The notes under the pieces are model-generated. The model did no database searches. It had not been told where the DNA came from and saw only the letters and a list, made by a program, of their open reading frames with translations. Shown here one piece after another: positions 1 through 12,319 of a stretch of 64,000 nucleotides of DNA; position 1 is the stretch's first letter; each line of letters opens with the position of its first letter. This DNA is from Octopus vulgaris (lineage: Eukaryota): NCBI GenBank assembly GCA_951406725.2, contig OX597825.1, positions 33,294,001-33,358,000 of the forward strand, in the 5' to 3' direction. The position numbers were made by a program, and so were the translations under genes.

Positions 1-1038
1 TTTTATTTTTTTTAGGTACCTTCATAAATAGCCAAAACGGTGCATAATAGGAAAATACTCAGAAGATAACATAACCCAGATATGGGAAAATTGTTTCCAT
101 TAATTTTATGTTTATGTTATATAATAATTCCTTTTGCCTTTTTGTAGAAGTGTGCACATATGTCATAAATAAATGCTGTTAATGGAGTTTAAGTTTATCC
201 CAGAAGATCTATTTCTATAAGATGCTGTAAATAACGAATAAAACCTTAAGCATGAACTTGTAAACCAGACCTATGATGAAACAAACGAATTGAAGTATTT
301 AACTGACTCAACATAAAATTAACTTGCATTTCAATGCAATGTTGAAATCAGTTTCAATGTTTTAACACCTAAACCGTCGGTGACCCAATCGGTTACGGGT
401 AGTCTAGTATTATATAAATTTATAAAAGTATATTACAAAAATCAATATACTTAGGTTATTAATATTAATGCAATGGTTCCATATAAAATTTCACTTGAAG
501 TGAGCAAAAATTAAGAAAACAAATGAAAGATATGTAGACATGTGGTTCCTCTATATATTTTAGCAAGAAACTTCAAAACTACTGTATTTTCTAGCATAAA
601 AGTTGATGTAATATATAGCATAAACATGTAATGTAAATATTGTAATTATCCTTCCAAATTCTGCTGCATTTCACATGAAATTTGTACTCTTCCAAAGTTG
701 TCTTAGTATATAAGTTAATCTACTGCTTTTGGCAACAAACATTGGTCTGAAAATTTTCCTTGTATACCAGAAAATATGGTACCAATCCACAAGAGATAAA
801 TTAGACATCTTATGATTGTTAGTGTTCTCAAATTACCGAGAGGAGTGTTGTCTAACAACAGTAGTTTTTTTATATCCCTTCTTTTTACTTACAAAAGGTA
901 TCTCCATCTTATAAAAGAAAGCAGCAAAGTACAACAAACTTTTAGGGAGCTTTAAGCAGATAACAGTGAGTGTTGTAAACTATTTAGGAAAAGTAAAAAA
1001 AAAAACAACAAAAAAACTAAAAACAAGTTAATACCTAC

Positions 1039-1154
1039 CACCATCTAGTTGTAGACTGGATCGCCACTCTACAGGCAGGAATTCTACTCTCTGATTACCT
1101 TGGTCCAAATTAGGGAAATTTTTCTTTTTCAGTCGCTCTATAGATTCCCGCAGT
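1039..1154 (-). CDS. DDHD1: DDHD1 coding exon 5 (gene continues beyond left edge)
   Basis: Acceptor ctgattacag|, donor |gtaggt; 116 nt, phase 2 to 1. Encodes LRESIERLKKKNFPNLDQGNQRVEFLPVEWRSSLQLDG (conserved VEFLPVEWR). Lipase GxSxG and DDHD domain exons are not in the window. Confidence 0.95.
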
Positions 1155-1419
1155 CTGTAATCAGTAAATACCATGTTATTTCAACAAATAAATTTCATCA
1201 AATAAAATCATCATCATCATTTAATGGAAAGTGGATGTTAAACGAAGATAATGATAAAAGTAGTAAAAGTTGAATGTATTAATAAGTCATTACAAAATGA
1301 AGTTTGCAAAGTCTTACATGCTTTATAAATATCAATTAACTTTTATCAAACTCAAAGTCTTTTTATTAGGGAACGGGGATATACTACATTGACTTGACCC
1401 CAGTATGTATCTCTGAATC

Positions 1420-1690
1420 CCATTATCAAACAAACTATTGGATTTTGTTATACATCGTTGGTCACAATGCACTTCAATTCTTTCTTCATATGCCCTTCTC
1501 TTCCATCTTGGCCCAAATCATTTAACTAAATTGTCATGGAGGTCTTCTCAGTCTCTTGAATACCAACTGGCATCTGCACAGGTCCACCTGCTGTGAACCT
1601 TGTGAATTGTCCATCCCAGCAAAACTTGTGCTTTGTGTATAATGTAGTTATGTTGTTCATTCTACTTCCCAAATTCTCATTTCATGCCAG
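1420..1690 (-). mobile_element. Decayed RTE-like LINE 3' fragment
   Basis: Minus-strand translation resembles the post-RT C-terminus of RTE ORFs, with many stops. Confidence 0.35.
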
Positions 1691-1929
1691 CCTCTTCAAT
1701 AGCACCATCCTACTTCTGTTCTTATATGCAAGTGGAACATGGGCTACACTGAAAGATCCATGCTAGTATCTCAGTATGTAACTGCTATGCATTTTATTTA
1801 CACAAAGGAGATCAAAGAAAGAAAAATCAAACAAGACAATATTTGAACTCACAACCAAGAGGTATCAAATACCGTAAGTAGTTTCTTACATCTCTTTGCC
1901 ATCTGTGACACTTCAACTATAAGATGTTA

Positions 1930-2120
1930 CTTAGCTTCACATCATCCCTGATTAAGCAGACTAAACGTTATCAGTAGAGGCATTTCAGCTGTGACTATCT
2001 TGTATTTTTCTATAACTAAGACTAAGTTGACCAATGTATCGTTTCTTTAAGATAGCAGGGTTGAGGCACATTTAGTTGCTATTTCCAGCAGGTCAGGTAA
2101 CTACATAGATCTTCCCTCAT
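1930..2120 (-). mobile_element. SINE family D copy (about 200 bp, (CAA)n tail)
   Basis: Shares the 'cagacctatgatcaaagg...gctgctatttctagcaggtc' block with copies at about 2500, 7450, 12195, 18165, 24480, 24890, 29085 and 54260. Confidence 0.6.
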
Positions 2121-2499
2121 TAAATGATTATTGTTTATGTATGAGGATGTAATATTTATACAACAGTTAAATAAAGAAAAAAAAAAAAATGAAACGGAAC
2201 AAGTAACTTTTGCCATGTCTGAATTTCAGAGCAAGATCAGGCTTAATCTCTGTTTATTGAAACATCAAAAACCAGATTAAAATAGGTGCAATGCAGAATT
2301 TTTAGATTTAAAACACTTTGATTATAGATACCGCTGAACATAAGAAATATAAATGCAGTATAAATTCTTAGTCAATCTAATGCTAGAAATCATCTTCAGA
2401 TGAGAAATTTTGACAGATTTCTTTCAATATTATTACTAGATGTTTTATCATCGTTCAATAATCACCATATGAAAGGAATTGATCAAGATTGAAATAATG

Positions 2500-2710
2500 A
2501 GGGTGCTTTCTACAGTGTTACTTGAGTAGCAAGAAATAACAGTCAAATCTCCTTCAAATCAAATCCTATCATCTTAAAAAAGACAAACCAGATAATGTAT
2601 AAACACTAGGTAAGAACAAGAGCTGGTATGATAACAGTTGTAATGTCTCTGATCATAGGTCAACTGGATAAGAGCTAACCTAGGGCTAAACATAAAAAAC
2701 AAAAAAACAA
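2500..2710 (+). mobile_element. SINE family D copy, inverted relative to 1930-2120
   Basis: gaaataacagtcaaatctccttcaaatc...gatcataggt...gggctaaac plus CAA-like tail. Confidence 0.6.
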
Positions 2711-3068
2711 CCTGACTGAGGTACTGGAAGTCAATAAACCTCTCACCTATTTTCAGTTAGTTTGGCACTGATTAATTTATTTTGTTTACCTTCTCATCTG
2801 CCAACAAAGTTGGATGTCAACAACAGTTGAGTACCTTGATTATGGCACAACACCAATGAAAAGGTATTAACCAATAACTTTTGAATCAGCTTGACTTTTC
2901 TATTTTAATACTGTACTTTTGGTGAGTAATAGCTATGTTGGTATCAGGCTTCTAACAAGCAAATCACTAGTTCATTGCATTTCCAATGGCAAAAGTGACA
3001 AGAGACTATCTGTGCTAGTTTATCGGTTTTCACACTAATATGTCCATCAGCAAAAAGTTATACACATA

Positions 3069-3283
3069 CGGGAGGGTGCTGGAAAGGACCTGGCTTTAAG
3101 AGTATCATGAAAGGCTAGGTTGAAGACCCATCCTTCTGAGTACTTTTACAAGGTTTAGAAAAACTGAAGGACTGCTGCAATAAGTGTGAACCTGAGAGGG
3201 GAATATGTTGAATAAAATCATAATTAACTGATCTTCCTGAATTTTTTTTTACTCAAAGCCAGGAACTTTTCAGCACCCCCTCG
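3069..3283 (+). mobile_element. Internally deleted mariner / MITE
   Basis: About 29-bp TIRs (cgggagggtgctggaaaggacctggcttt / aaagccaggaacttttcagcaccccctcg) with TA on both sides. Interior retains a mariner-like C-terminus (GLEKL...RGEYVE*). Confidence 0.8.
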
Positions 3284-3497
3284 TACATATGTAATATTTG
3301 AAGGATTTTCATAAAGTTTCCATAAATCAAAATTTTATCACAATGCATTGGGTAACCCAAAGCTATGGTAGGAAATATGCCCAAGGTTGCATGCAGTGGT
3401 ATTGAACCCAAAACTCATGTGATTGTGAACTTTTTAATAAAAACATAGCCATGCATGTGTGCATCTTTCACCCAATAATCTAGGCAGTTCAAACGAC

Positions 3498-3740
3498 AAA
3501 TACTATATTAAAGAAGTCAAGCATTTGTTACAGACAGTTCGTAGGTAGAAGACAAAAATGTAACCAATGATCTAAAAGACCTTTTAAGGTTCTCAATTTC
3601 TTAGGTATTGAAAATATAGCAAATACACAAATACCATATTAAAAAAAAGTCAAGTATTTGTAATAGATAATTTGTAAGTAGAAGACAAAAATCAAACCAA
3701 TGACCTTAAAGATCTTTTAAGGTTGTCATTTTCTTAGATG
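3498..3740. repeat. Diverged tandem duplication, about 130-bp period, 2 copies
   Basis: aaatac-atatt...gtcaag-atttg...gtagaagacaaaaat...accaatga...ttttaaggtt...ttttcttag occurs at about 3498 and 3629. Confidence 0.8.
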
Positions 3741-3841
3741 CGAGACAAAAATAAAAATTTACTGAGAGACTTCTAGCTGATATGTTTAAAAACTGACCCA
3801 TGGATAGGAAAAATAAAAACAAATGATAAAGAGAAACCTAC

Positions 3842-3980
3842 TCATTACATCGTTTGATTATATTGCCAGTATCCATTTTTTGGCCAATACCATGTACAAC
3901 AAATACCAGGTGAGTAATGTCCGGAGGCTTGTCATCCATCCTAGCTTCATTACAGTATCCACGACACAGTTTGGTTCCAC
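3842..3980 (-). CDS. DDHD1: DDHD1 coding exon 4
   Basis: Acceptor tttttctacag|, donor |gtaggt; 139 nt, phase 1 to 2. Encodes SGTKLCRGYCNEARMDDKPPDITHLVFVVHGIGQKMDTGNIIKRCN with the conserved HLVFVVHGIG motif. Not in the ORF track. Confidence 0.95.
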
Positions 3981-4484
3981 CTGTAGAAAAAAAAAAGAAA
4001 CAGAAATATATTACTATGCAGCTTTTAAATTGGATTATATTTTGATGAAGTTATAAGAGTGATGTTCCGAAATAGAAGCAAGTTTCGCCTATTTTATACC
4101 AAGCATAGCACATCCATCTCCTGACCTAAGTATAAACAGTTACATCCAGAGAGAATATACACACACACATACACAAATGTTCCAGCCTTCTTCAGGTGTC
4201 TCATGATTCACCTCAGTGCCTCACCTGGGACTGAACCCAGAACCTCTAGGTGATTACACTGCATTAACTAGCACCTTTATCCACTATGCTATGCCTGTAG
4301 GCAGTGTCATAGTGAATTTTTAAGGATTATAAACCTCCACTGATGTCTTATGTTAGCTTTGTACTGATTGGAAAATACAATTCTGTATTTTCTGAGACGC
4401 AGAATCTTATATTATGTATTGGAGAGAGTGGTGTCCTCATATTGGTTCTTATATATATATAGATATATATAATGTGTGTGTGTG

Positions 4485-4760
4485 AGGACATATGGCTTAG
4501 TGGTTAGGATGTTGCATTCACACTCTAGTAATTGTGATTTCAATTCCTAGACTAGGTGGTGTGTTATGTTCTTGAGCAAAATGCTTCATGTCACATTGCT
4601 CCACGATCACTTCCACACCTGACACACGGTACACTGTGCATCTGTTCAGGTAAGGCTGATTTGATAGAGAGTAAGCTAATGTGCAGCACGAACATTTGAT
4701 CACTATAAACGAATTATTTGTGTAGGTCGTTCAGCAAAAGCTGAATGCTCATACGTCATC
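4485..4760 (+). mobile_element. tRNA-derived SINE family B
   Basis: A-box tggcttagtggtt, B-box-like gatttcaattcc, then ttcttgagcaaaa..ttca..tcacattgctcc. Related copies at 5870-6080(-), 6198-6430(+), 21310-21570(-), 44950-45185(-), 50930-51195(-). Confidence 0.7.
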
Positions 4761-6652
4761 AACACACATGTACATTGGGTTTCTTTTAGATTCTGTCAAC
4801 CAAATCCTCGTAGAAGCCACTTGGCCACGGTATCACACAGTAGGATTGAACACACATCCGTGTGTTAGAAAGCAAGCTCCTTACTACACAGCCATGCTTG
4901 CACCTATACTCCAACTTACTCAGACATGTTCTCTCTCATTCCCTCCTTTTTTTCCAGGGCTAATACACTGATCTCTGCTGAGTTTTGTACTTCTTCCACC
5001 TAGATTCACCCAACTCATAATATTCCCATCACCTCCACTTACACTAACAACTGTTTTCAATCCTTTCTTCCCTTCCAACAATGCCAACCCATTGGAATCT
5101 TCTCCCTGCTCACTAGTCAGTTTCAAGGAGTGGAGGTCACTATAGAAGTGATAGAAAAAAAACCCAAAAAACAACAAAGCAGAATGAAGAGAAAAAGAGA
5201 GTATGTCTCTGAGTAAGAAGTTGGAATTTGTTGGTACATGACTCCTTGTCAATCATTTGGATGACCTACTTCTGGATGTGCTCAGGGATGTATGTATGAG
5301 TAGTGACAGCACTGTTACAAAGGCAGGAGTATTATTTTTGATTGTAAATCTCACCTAAATTTTCATTTGAATAAAGGCACAGGCATGCGTGGCTGTGTGG
5401 TAAGAAGATTGCTTCCCAAACACAGTCTCAGGTTCAGTCCCACTGCGTGACATCTTGGCCAAGTGTTTTCCACTATAGTCTTGAGCCAGCCAAAGCTTTG
5501 TGAATGTATTTGGTAGATGGAAACTGGAAGAAGCTCATAATGTGTGTGTGTGTGTGTGTGTAATGAAGTATTGAAGGAGCTGAACCTTTCAGAGATGACA
5601 AAAGGACAGCTATCTGATGCCTTGCTGTACTCAAGAAGACCCGTCTTCCACAGTAGAATATTAAAGTGTGTTAGTCTCCTTGCTTTGTCATCATGTGAAT
5701 GAATGTCACCATCAACCAAGTGTTGTCATTTGTTTCCAATCTTCCATGGAAACGTGTCACAGGTAAGGGCTGACAATAGGAAGGACATCTGGCTGTAGAA
5801 AATACTGGCACTCCATTGGTTATGACGACAAAGGTTCCAGTTTGTGAAATTATTGTGCAAGTGGCTGAGCATGCTACAGACACATGTGCCCCTAATGTAG
5901 TTCTCAGGGAGATTCAGCGTGATACAGAATGTGACAAGGCTGGCCCTTTGATATACAGGTACTAGTCATGGTCTGCAGCAATGTGAAATAAAGTGTGTTG
6001 TTCAAGGACAGAATGCGGTGCTGGGAACTGAACTCACGGCTTTATGGTTATAAACTTAGTACCCTAACCACTAAGCCATGCTGTTGAAAACATGCCCTAA
6101 CATATTCTGTTTGGCCCATGCTAGCAGGGAAAAGTCAATGTTCAATGAAGATGTTGATGATGATATATGTGCTAGGAATGGTCCATTAACTTCAGGTAGA
6201 GGCACGTGGCTTAGTGGTTAGGGCGTTGGAGACATGGTCATAAGATAGTGGTTTCAGTTCCTAGACTGGACAACATGTGTTCTTGAGCAAAACACTTTAT
6301 TCCACATTGCTCCAGTCCACTCAGATGGCAAAAATGAATAATTCTGAGATGTATCAGCATCCTGTCCAGGTGGGGAATATACACAACATAGAAACTGGCC
6401 TTTATGAATCAGTATAACTCAAGAAGGAAACTTTGTTACATTAACTTCATCTCAGTACTAGGCTGGTATTTTATTTAACAAATCCTGAAGGATGAAAATC
6501 AAGGTTTCATGCAATTATCTGTTTGCAGTTCATGTAGGACACTGATTGATTTGATTTCATTGATCTGGCAGTACCTACAAAGTCCATGAGGACAGCCTTT
6601 CTTTTATTCTAGACCAAACCACTAAAGAGAAAAAGAAGATTTGAATACTTAC

Positions 6653-6781
6653 TCTTCTGAAATCCTAATGTCTGACTTACAGATCGAACAATTTTTGAAG
6701 GAGTGGAATCACTAAACATGTAAACTTCTGTAGCATTTCTCCATTCAACATGGCAGTCTGAGAATGCTATATGATGGATAA
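6653..6781 (-). CDS. DDHD1: DDHD1 coding exon 3
   Basis: Polypyrimidine tract + ttacag| acceptor, |gtaagt donor; 129 nt, phase 1 to 1. Encodes VIHHIAFSDCHVEWRNATEVYMFSDSTPSKIVRSVSQTLGFQK, similar to DDHD1 HVDW..EVYLYSD...SKIAR.V.QKLGF. Confidence 0.93.
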
Positions 6782-7827
6782 CTGTAACAAAGGAAAGGGA
6801 GAAAATTAGATTAAATTTTAAAAAAAACAACAATAACAACCTATTGTAAATTTATTTAGATATATTTTATAACATAGAGCAGCAATGGTTATGTGTTTAA
6901 GAATTTCCACTTGCAACTACATGGTCTTGGGTTCAGTCCCACTGCACAGTATATGGAAGTGCATTCCATAGCCCTAGGCTGAGTAATGCCAGACAAGAGG
7001 ATTTGGTAGAAGAAAACTGCACAAAGGATATTGTAAAAAAATGTATGCACACATGCAAATATGAATTGATGTGTGTGTGTGTGTGCATGTGCATACATGT
7101 GAATCTGTATTAATGTCTATATATTCCATGTCACTGCAAGAGCAAAGTAGTGCTGATAATGACATTATGACTGGTCAATGTATACTTTCAAAGGGTTAAA
7201 GCTAATATTCAGAAGTTATATAGCATGAATATTTACATAAAATTAAATTAACGAAATACAAACATCTAATTTTTTAAACTTACTTTTACGATCATTTTTA
7301 CATTGCTGCTGGTGGCATGAAAAGGCACCCAGTACACTCTGTAAAATGGTTGGTGTAACTATGCCAAAGCAGATATCTGTACCTGGTGATCCTATCAAAC
7401 TGTCTAACCCATGACAGCATGGAACTTGGATGTTAAATGATAACGAGCTATCTAGTGATGTTAAATCCCAGGTCAGCCTTGACAAAGCAGACCTACGATC
7501 AAAGATATTCTAGTTACAATAATCTTATCCTTCTCTTTAGTATTGTATATCTAAGACTATGTAGCATACCTTTTAAGGTGTCAGGGTGCAATCTGAGGAA
7601 AATTTGGCTAATGTTTCTAGCAGAGTAAGCAACAACTATGTACAGGCTTCCATGATAGTTTATAAAAACATTAACCTGCATTTGCTTATAATTCTTTCTA
7701 ATTTTGGCACAAAGCTATCAATTTTGAGGGGAGGGTTAAGTGGATACATCAATCCCAGAGCTCAACTGGTATTCATTTTATCAACCCAGAAAGGATGAAA
7801 AGTAAAGTTGACCCAGGTGGTATTTAA

Positions 7828-8036
7828 CCCTTTCGTTACCAACCTGGATGAAACCGACTCTGGTTCCATAGTACAAATGTCTTGTTTTCATAAATTTTGA
7901 ATTAAAATTTTCCACCAATTTATGTTCCTAACACTAGCTGAATGATAACTAAGATATTTTTCTAAATTCTTTGTTATATTTAAAATTAATAGAAAGAAAC
8001 ACAGAGCATCTCAGAATAAATACAGTAACGAAAAGG
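7828..8036. mobile_element. TTAA-flanked (piggyBac-like) MITE inserted in a family C SINE
   Basis: TTAA|CCCTTTCGTTAC ... GTAACGAAAAGG|TTAA. The host SINE resumes in register on both sides (ggtggtatttaa...acttagaatgtaaa). Confidence 0.8.
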
Positions 8037-8123
8037 TTAAACTTAGAATGTAAATAGCCAGAAGAAATGCAGCCAAGCATTTTGTTCACCATGCTATCCA
8101 TTTTACCAGCTTATCACTTTAGG

Positions 8124-8520
8124 ACTCTTTTACTCTTTTACTTGTTTCAGTCATTTGACTGCGGCCATGCTGGAGCACCGCCTTTAGTCGAGCAAATCGG
8201 CCCCGGGACTTATTCTTTGTAAACCCAGTACTTATTCTATCGGTCTCTTTTGCCGAACCGCTATGTGACGGGGACGTAAACACACCAGCATTGGTTGTCA
8301 AGCAATGCTAGGGGGACAAACACAAACACACACATACATATATATATACATATATACGACAGGCTTCTTTCAGTTTCCGTCTACCAAATCCACTCACAAG
8401 GCATTGGTCGGCCCGGGCCTATAGCAGAAGATACTTGCCCAAGGTGCCACGCAGTGGGACTGAACCCGGAACCATGTGGTTGGTTAGCAAGCTACTTACC
8501 ACACAGCCACTCCTGCACCT
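8124..8520 (-). mobile_element. tRNA-derived SINE family A, full length (CORE-like segment, internal TA/TG microsatellite, (GAGTAAAA)n tail)
   Basis: Head ggagtggctgtgtggtaag...gggttcagtccc (A/B boxes), then caccttgggcaagt. Near-identical to many other copies in the window. Confidence 0.85.
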
Positions 8521-9844
8521 AGGAGTTTGCTAATAATTAATAAGAGGTTCCTACATTAAAAAATAGTCAATAGAACTCCGTAAGAACTTCTTACATAGAA
8601 GTTTGATTGTTTTGTATCCCTTAAATTAATATACTCTGTTTACTACAGCAAATATTAATTTCAAGTTCTGGCATAAGACCAGCAAGTTCAGGAAAGGGGA
8701 CAAGTCGATTACACTGACCCCCTACTACTAAGCAATTTGTCCAGTGCAGTAATGGTTCTGCTAGCCTTACTAAAGCAAATATGAATAATCTGTCCGCTGT
8801 TGTTGTCCCAACAGAAGTTCAGTGTTGTAATATTACTTGAAGTAATATACATGCTTCAACTTGAACTGATTTGAAACTTCTGAGAGATCTTAGACAAGAA
8901 AACTGTGTGTAGTCTAAGTTTGGTAGAACACTTTGAATTCATTCAGAATATGGTTCTACATCAAAAATGTTGCTCCATATAGAATTACTACTTAGCTTCT
9001 GACTCACCAATGAACCAAATGCGAAATTAATGAAGAACAGCTGCCTCTTTGTGTCTATGAGTAAAAGAAGTATCAAAATCCAGTGCTGTTGTCAGCATTT
9101 TCTTTTTATCAAAAATGTGCTCAAAGTTTCTTAAATGCTGCTTGCACATGCTAGTGAGTTCGATCAGTGTGGAATTTAATCCCTACAGATTTTGAGGTTC
9201 AAAGTCTCAGTACCCATAACACAACTGTGCTGAAATGACAAGAGGCCTGTCATATTGCAAAAAGATGCTGGTGCCACTGTCAGTCACAGTCTGTCTTCAT
9301 GCCTTTTCAAAGTTTGTGAGGACTATGGTGTGGCCATTGATGAGATTTTGAATTCCTGGGTAGAATTTGAACTCAGAATGCAAAGAGCCTGAACAGATAC
9401 CACAAGGCATCTCATCTGATGTTTTACAAATCCACTACTCTGGACCGGTACTTAATTTGTTGGCTCCAAAAAAATGAAAGTTTATATTGACCTTGGTAGT
9501 CTTTCAACTTGGAGTGCAGAAAACTAGAACAAATACCAGAAAGCGTTCTATCCCACACCCAAACAACTCTATCAATTTAGTTTCATGCTGTACTGACTGA
9601 ACTGGCAAAAAAAAAAAAAAAAAAAATAGAGCACCTACGTAATTACACATGTTAAAAATCTTAGCTACATTCAAATTTTCCCCTAGGAAGGATGCACTTG
9701 ATAATGTAATTCAAGGCTTACACTATTGTTAAAAATAAATGGAATGACGCTTGATTTTAGATATACATGATCAGGGTTGATGTAGCAATGGTTTATATTT
9801 TTAATGCAAAGCCAGTAATTTCAAACAGAATATTTAAATTATCT

Positions 9845-10180
9845 TGAGACCCCCTTCGGTCATGACTGACCGTGGGATTGCACCTAGAAAGTTACCCTCC
9901 CAGGCACAAGTCTGGGCAAGGTTGTTTATGGAAGACCAGCAGTCACCCATGGATACCAGCCTCCCCTCTCTACGCCACCAGTGTTATCCAAGGGAAAGGC
10001 AACAGCAGATACAGCTTGGCACCTGTGACGTTGCAACTCATTTCTACAGTTGAGTGAACTGGAGCAACGTGAAATAAAATGTCTTACTCAAGAACACAAC
10101 ACACAGCCCAGTCCGGGATTCAAACTCACAACCTCACGATTGTAAACTCGACGCTCTAACCACTGAGCCATGTGCCTTCA
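9845..10180 (-). mobile_element. SINE family B subfamily copy
   Basis: Reverse complement matches the copy at 59560-59924 over its whole length. Confidence 0.75.
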
Positions 10181-10374
10181 CATTATACTGACCCCAGTAC
10201 TCAACTGATACTTATTTTATTGACTCTGAGAGGATGAAAAGAAAAGCTGACCTCAAAACACAAAGAACCAAAAGAAATGCCACGAAACATTTAGTCCAAC
10301 ATGCTACAAATTGTACCAGCTTGTCAACAACAGCAACACAAGATAAAAACAAAGCAAAATACCATTAAGCTCAC

Positions 10375-10542
10375 CTTGTCTGGCAACCTTTAAGTTTACT
10401 GTCTCAGAAAAATCACATGGATACTTCTTTCCCAAAAACTTTCCCAAATGATCTGTCTCTATACGAATGGAAGTTTCTTCTTCCAGAGGTTGCCAAGTAT
10501 CGTCATAGAACCAGATTCCTCGAAGTACATCAGCGGTATCAC
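10375..10542 (-). CDS. DDHD1: DDHD1 coding exon 2
   Basis: Acceptor ttttgtag|, donor |gtgagc; 168 nt, phase 1 to 1. Encodes GDTADVLRGIWFYDDTWQPLEEETSIRIETDHL (DDHD1 RGxWF...WQPLEE motif). Confidence 0.95.
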
Positions 10543-12319
10543 CTACAAAAGTAAAATTGCTGTTCTTGAGTTCTATAAACATGATGGAATAAAATTGGTT
10601 GCAGTTGGAATAAACAATTTTTATAAAACATTACTCATTCTTATATAATATAAATAACCTATATAAATAACAGCTGGAAAAACACAAGCTTAGTAGTCAG
10701 GATGTTGTGTTGATAATCATAAAGTTGTGGGTTCAATTCCCCAGCCTTGGTGGTACATTGCATCTTTCAATTCACATAACTTCAATCCACTCCACTGAAA
10801 GTGAGTATCATTAGCAACAGCTAAGGTAAACCTTGGAATGGGCTGGCATCCCATCTAAGAGAGTCTTCAGGTGTAGAAGTAATGACTGCTTAACAGTTCT
10901 CTATTTCTGTACAGAAAAGCTATCATGATAGCTTGAATTGTCCAACAGCATCAGTAAAAGTCAATCAGTAGAAGAGTTCAATAAGTTCAGTTGCCATGAA
11001 GAGTAAAAGCAGAGCAAAAGACCGAATGTCAGATTCTTCATGGCAATTGAACATGTGCAATTCTTTTATGAACTCTCATCTTTTCTTCTACTTCTTTCAG
11101 TCATTGTACTTTGGCCATGCTGGGACTCTGCTCAGAAGGGTTAAGTCAAACTTGACACTTAAGTGAAAGAACAGAGAAAATGAGAGCAATGGACTCCATG
11201 TCAAGGTGTGTTTGGAATAACCACATTTGAAAGTATCTAGATGGTTGCCATGGAAATTGTAAGGGGAATAATTGAGGGTTATATTCTACATGTATAAATT
11301 AGGTTAGTGAAATTAGCAAAACACAAAACATGACTTCATCACTTTTATTTTAATAGAAGTGGCCAAATCATACCTTGTTAAATCCTAATGCCATGGCATT
11401 TTAAGTGAATACTGTGTAGTGTCATCAGCTATTGTGTATTAATATAGCTCCTATATCACAAGAGATGTAAGCTAAATGACTGTAGCTGAAAACAGTCTAA
11501 TAGCCTAAGAAATTTGAACCACAGTGAATTATGTGTCCAGCAGCCTTGCTATATGGCATAAAACAACAAGCAAGCAGGGGAGCACAATAACAAATGAGCT
11601 GTACTGTGTTTTCTGCATGAAATTCTGAACAAGGTAAAATAAATAGATTTCGTAGTAAACAGAGGATCAGAAATTTGCTTCATTGGCACAATGAAAAAGA
11701 ACTGCAGAACTGTCAAACATATATAGGTAGGAACAAGGATAACAACAGAGGAAAGTGTTCAGATGTCATCTCACTCTTCGTATCTAGAAGAATACCCATC
11801 ACTTTAACTACAATTCTTCGAATACAGAAGAATTGATAAAGTGTCAGATCTTGCAGAGTTGAATCACCTTAAATTCTGAATTCAAATCATACTTCCCATG
11901 TCGATAAAATACAGAAGTCAATATATTTGACTATATTCTTCCCTACAAATTTGTAGCCTTCTTTCTATTATATGCCTGAGTTTTGAGAGTGAGGATAAAA
12001 AAAAAACTTTTACATATGAATATAGTCTACAAGTAGTAGACTATAAGTTGGAGTAATAACATTTTCCTGCGTGTCCATGGGCAGATACAATTAGTTGGTT
12101 TGAAACAAACACTGCAACCACCAGTACGTCTTAAGAGTAGAATTACTGTAAACTCATTTGATGTAGAATTATCTAATCACATAGAATTAGATTGCTGTTG
12201 TTCTGCACAAGTCAACCCTGACTGAACAGACCTACGATAAGAAGCATTCCAATTATGACAGTCTAATCTTATTAATGTAGTAAGGCAATATTTAAGTAAG
12301 ATTGGACTGCTATTTCTAG

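Noticed and set aside
1-1038. DDHD1 exon 6
   Set aside because: No segment encoding the expected ITP...MDIMYY-like motif was found; it presumably lies outside the window.
3823-4056. 77-aa plus-strand ORF
   Set aside because: Antisense to DDHD1 exon 4.
8295-8522. Recurrent ORFs containing LLSVSVYQIHSQGFG...RCHAVGLNPEPCG
   Set aside because: Antisense translations of SINE family A copies, not a protein family.
8780-9360. Possible Tc1/mariner remnants (also 15650-16400)
   Set aside because: Too decayed to support without a translated search.
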